A program made the position numbers and the translations under genes. From NCBI RefSeq assembly GCF_009914755.1, contig NC_060939.1: 64,000 bases of DNA, one strand, 5' to 3'. The notes beneath the pieces were generated by a model. The model worked only from the letters and a program-made list of their open reading frames with translations. It was not told the DNA's origin and made no database searches. The first letter of the stretch is position 1, and every line of letters begins with the position of its first letter. Shown piece after piece: positions 19,398 to 64,000 of this stretch. The stretch comes from the human T2T-CHM13v2.0 reference genome, Homo sapiens.

Positions 19398-20027
19398 CTA
19401 GTCAGGTTCTAGTCAGGAAACAGAAAACACACCAGTTATCTGTACAGATAGAATATTTTAAAGTTCAATTCGGTTTAAAGTTGTGGACTAGGTTATTGAA
19501 AGTATAAAAAGAGGAACTCTAAGAGTTCACAGAGATAGCATATGCAAAGAACAGCTTCCACCTGTGGGGCTGAGGGAACATAGGGACGAGGGGGGATTAT
19601 AAAAACTTAAACACTTACATAAAGGGCCCCCTGGAGCTTAACTCATACCTGAGGAAAAGCTGCTGCCCAGCTGGTCCGGATGTCTCTCAGGGGAGAAAAT
19701 GAAGCCGGGTCTCCAAGTGCTGGCAAAACTGCAAACTGGACTCTGCAGCTGCAGAAAGGCTCTGCCTCTGCTGAGGTGAAGAAGTGTTGGTGGGTCCTCT
19801 CACAGAAAATGGCAAGTCAACAGGAAGCCCCCCAGAAAGTTCCATAAGCAAACAGGAAGGAGCAATCCCTTCTTAGTTCTCCAGGCTTCCAGTCTTCCTT
19901 TGGCGCCCCCTAATAGGGGGCAGCTGGTGAAGCTCAAATCTGGTTTGTGGACTCCTGGCCCCAGCACCACCATGCCAGGTACAGAAGAGTAGGTTTGGAG
20001 ACGAGACAAGAGCTTAACAACTGACAC
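19398..20027 (-). mobile_element. ERVL LTR (LTR33-like)
   Basis: Minus strand begins tgtcagttgttaagctcttgtctc...ctccaaacctactcttctgtac...gctggggcc, contains tagggggcgcc and ends tttcctgactagaacctgacta. Confidence 0.65.
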
Positions 20028-20477
20028 AGGTGTCTACTGGTAAAATGTTTAACACAAACACACAAAACTGTGTTGCCTTGGAGAGACTGGAGTCAGAATG
20101 AAGGCTCTTAAAAACCAGGTAGAGGAGTTTCCATTTGATTAGCCAGGAAATAGCTGGCACTGAAGATTTCTGAGTTAGGAAAGTGACATGATGATGACTT
20201 AGGCCTCCCTTCTCTTGATGTCACTTTTCTTTCTCTATAACCAGGCTTCAGGATAAGCCTCCCACAACTACCACTCCCAGTTTGGACTGATAGCACCAGG
20301 AAGAAAGAAGAGTAAAAGTAGAGGCTGTCAGTAAGGACAAGATTAGTGTATGCAGAAGAGCTCCACAGAGAAGGCAAATATGTGTGTGGTGGATTTCAAA
20401 CGTACCTGCAAATCCTTTGCCATTCTTCCCATCAAGAGGAATCAAATTCCCGTCCCTTTGTATTTTTTGTTTTTTAA

Positions 20478-20636
<159 letters not shown>

Positions 20637-20870
20637 TAGTAGAGACAGGGTTTCACCGTGTTAGCCAGGATGGTCTCGATCTCCTGACCTCAGGTGATGT
20701 CCACCTTGGCATCCCAAAGTGCTAGGATTACAGGCATGAGCCGCTGCGCCCGTCCCAGATCCCATCTTTATTTAAAATTTTGACATTTTGTTCATTATGG
20801 ATTTTTTGACATTAATTTTGAATACAATATTTTAACAATTATATTACAACAATATTTATCATCGTTATCA

Positions 20871-21258
20871 TTGTGGATCAAATAGTGACCTACCCCCCCA
20901 CCCCCCGCCGAATCCATGTCTACCCACAACTTCAGTATGTGACCTTATATGGAAACAGAGAATTTTGCACATGTAATTAGTTAAAATGATATCACACCAG
21001 ATTAGAGTTAAATCCAATGAATAGTGTCCTTACAAACAGAGGGAGATCTGGAGATACTGAGACCCGGAACAGAGACACAAGGAAGGTCATGTGAAGACAG
21101 AGGCAGAGACTGAAGTCATACTGTCAAAAGCCACAGATCACCAGGAACTACCAGAAACTGAGAGGCAAGGAAGGATCCCTGTCAAGAATCTTCAGAGGCA
21201 GCATGGCCGTCCCACACCTTGATTTTGGACTCCAAGTCTCCAGAATTGTGAGAGAATC
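20871..21258 (+). mobile_element. MaLR LTR (MLT1B/C-like)
   Basis: gtgaccttatatggaaacag...gtgaagacagaggcagagactgaagt...cacaccttgattttggactcc...ccagaattgtgagagaat. Confidence 0.75.
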
Positions 21259-21331
21259 TCAGCCTGGCCCAGAAGGCTTCTTTGTGGGGAATGAGAGGAA
21301 GGGGGTTGAGAGAGCAGCAGGAATTCACTGA

Positions 21332-21595
<264 letters not shown>

Positions 21596-21658
21596 TGAGC
21601 CACCGCGCCTGGCCGGAAAAGTAGATTTCTTAAACATAGAGACTTGCTTTTAAATTGT

Positions 21659-21664
21659 TTTATT
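21659..21664 (-). terminator. LEO1: LEO1 polyadenylation signal AATAAA
   Basis: tttatt on + strand ~110 nt after the stop in an AU-rich 3'UTR; a homologous signal is kept in the duplicate copy. Confidence 0.85.
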
Positions 21665-21774
21665 ACAATTAAAATTACACAAAAGCAAATCGATTCATTT
21701 CAATCAAAATAACTCATGTTTACATATTTATAACTGTACAATAAAATATATAAAATGTTTTCATATTTCATACT

Positions 21775-55383
<33,609 letters not shown>

Positions 55384-55740
55384 TATCGCTCACGTCCGCT
55401 GCTGCCTCGGTTAGGGGCAGCTCCCGGCCTCTCTTTACGGCACGGAACCACTGAAACACGACAGTGTCGCAAAGATTCGCCGAAGACACTCCTTTCCTTA
55501 CGTGACCTAGTTTTCGCTCGCCCAGTGAACCTGTTCTCGCCTGGGTATGCATGGTATATAAGCCCGGCCATTTCGTCAATATCTGTTATTTGCCAGGATT
55601 CTTACCAGGGGGCGGGGGGGTCCTGCGTTCGGTTGCGGGTGTGGATGGGGTGGGCGGTGACTGGCGCTCTCTGGGGAAGGGCCTCTGGCTGGATTAAACC
55701 TATCGCGAGTCAGGATTGAAGCCCTTTGTTTCTTACTGAG

Positions 55741-56978
<1,238 letters not shown>

Positions 56979-57067
56979 TCTCTCAGGGCTCTCTCAGATC
57001 CCCTGAAAGAGTCTCCATCCAACCACAGCTTTGGAGCAGTGATTCTCAAACATCATAGATTTTCCTT

Positions 57068-57259
57068 CCTACTTTGGTTTGAATGTCCTCTCCAAAACTC
57101 ATGTTGAAATTTAATTGCCATTGTGAAGGTATTAAGAGGTGGGACTTTTAAGAGGTGATTAGGTCATGAAGGGTCTGCCCTCCCATGTGGATTAATGTCA
57201 TTATCACGGGAGTGGGTTAGTTATTGCAGGAGTGGTTTCCTAATAAAAGAATAAGTTTG

Positions 57260-57260
<1 letters not shown>
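57068..57260 (+). mobile_element. MaLR LTR fragment (MST-like)
   Basis: tggtttgaatgtcctctccaaaactcatgttgaaatttaattgccattgtg...ttaagaggtgattaggtcatg. Confidence 0.8.

Positions 57261-64000
<6,740 letters not shown>

Overview
Alu-dense human (primate) genomic DNA. It contains the complete 12-exon LEO1 gene (PAF1 complex subunit) on the minus strand. The CDS runs 55383->21775 (2001 nt, 666 aa), all introns are GT-AG, the CpG-island promoter is at ~55.0-55.7 kb and the AATAAA is at 21659-21664. Directly downstream and in the same orientation (~2490-14440) is an old, intron-containing tandem duplicate of LEO1 exons 4-12. It looks surprisingly intact: all 17 splice-site dinucleotides are kept, exons 4'-11' have no stop or frameshift, every internal indel is a multiple of 3, and it has a strong-Kozak ATG (MDLFGDIDD...) and its own poly(A) signal. 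It could encode a 308-aa (exon 11' skipped) or 337-aa LEO1-like protein, or serve as an alternative 3' half for LEO1 by read-through splicing. A second striking structure is a 263-bp, 262/263-identical inverted Alu repeat ~0.4 kb upstream of the LEO1 start codon, which looks like a templated copy rather than a retrotransposition. The rest is Alu, L1, MaLR/ERVL LTR and DNA-transposon debris. Nearly all ORF-track entries are Alu artefacts. Repeat subfamily calls are by eye, and repeat boundaries are approximate.
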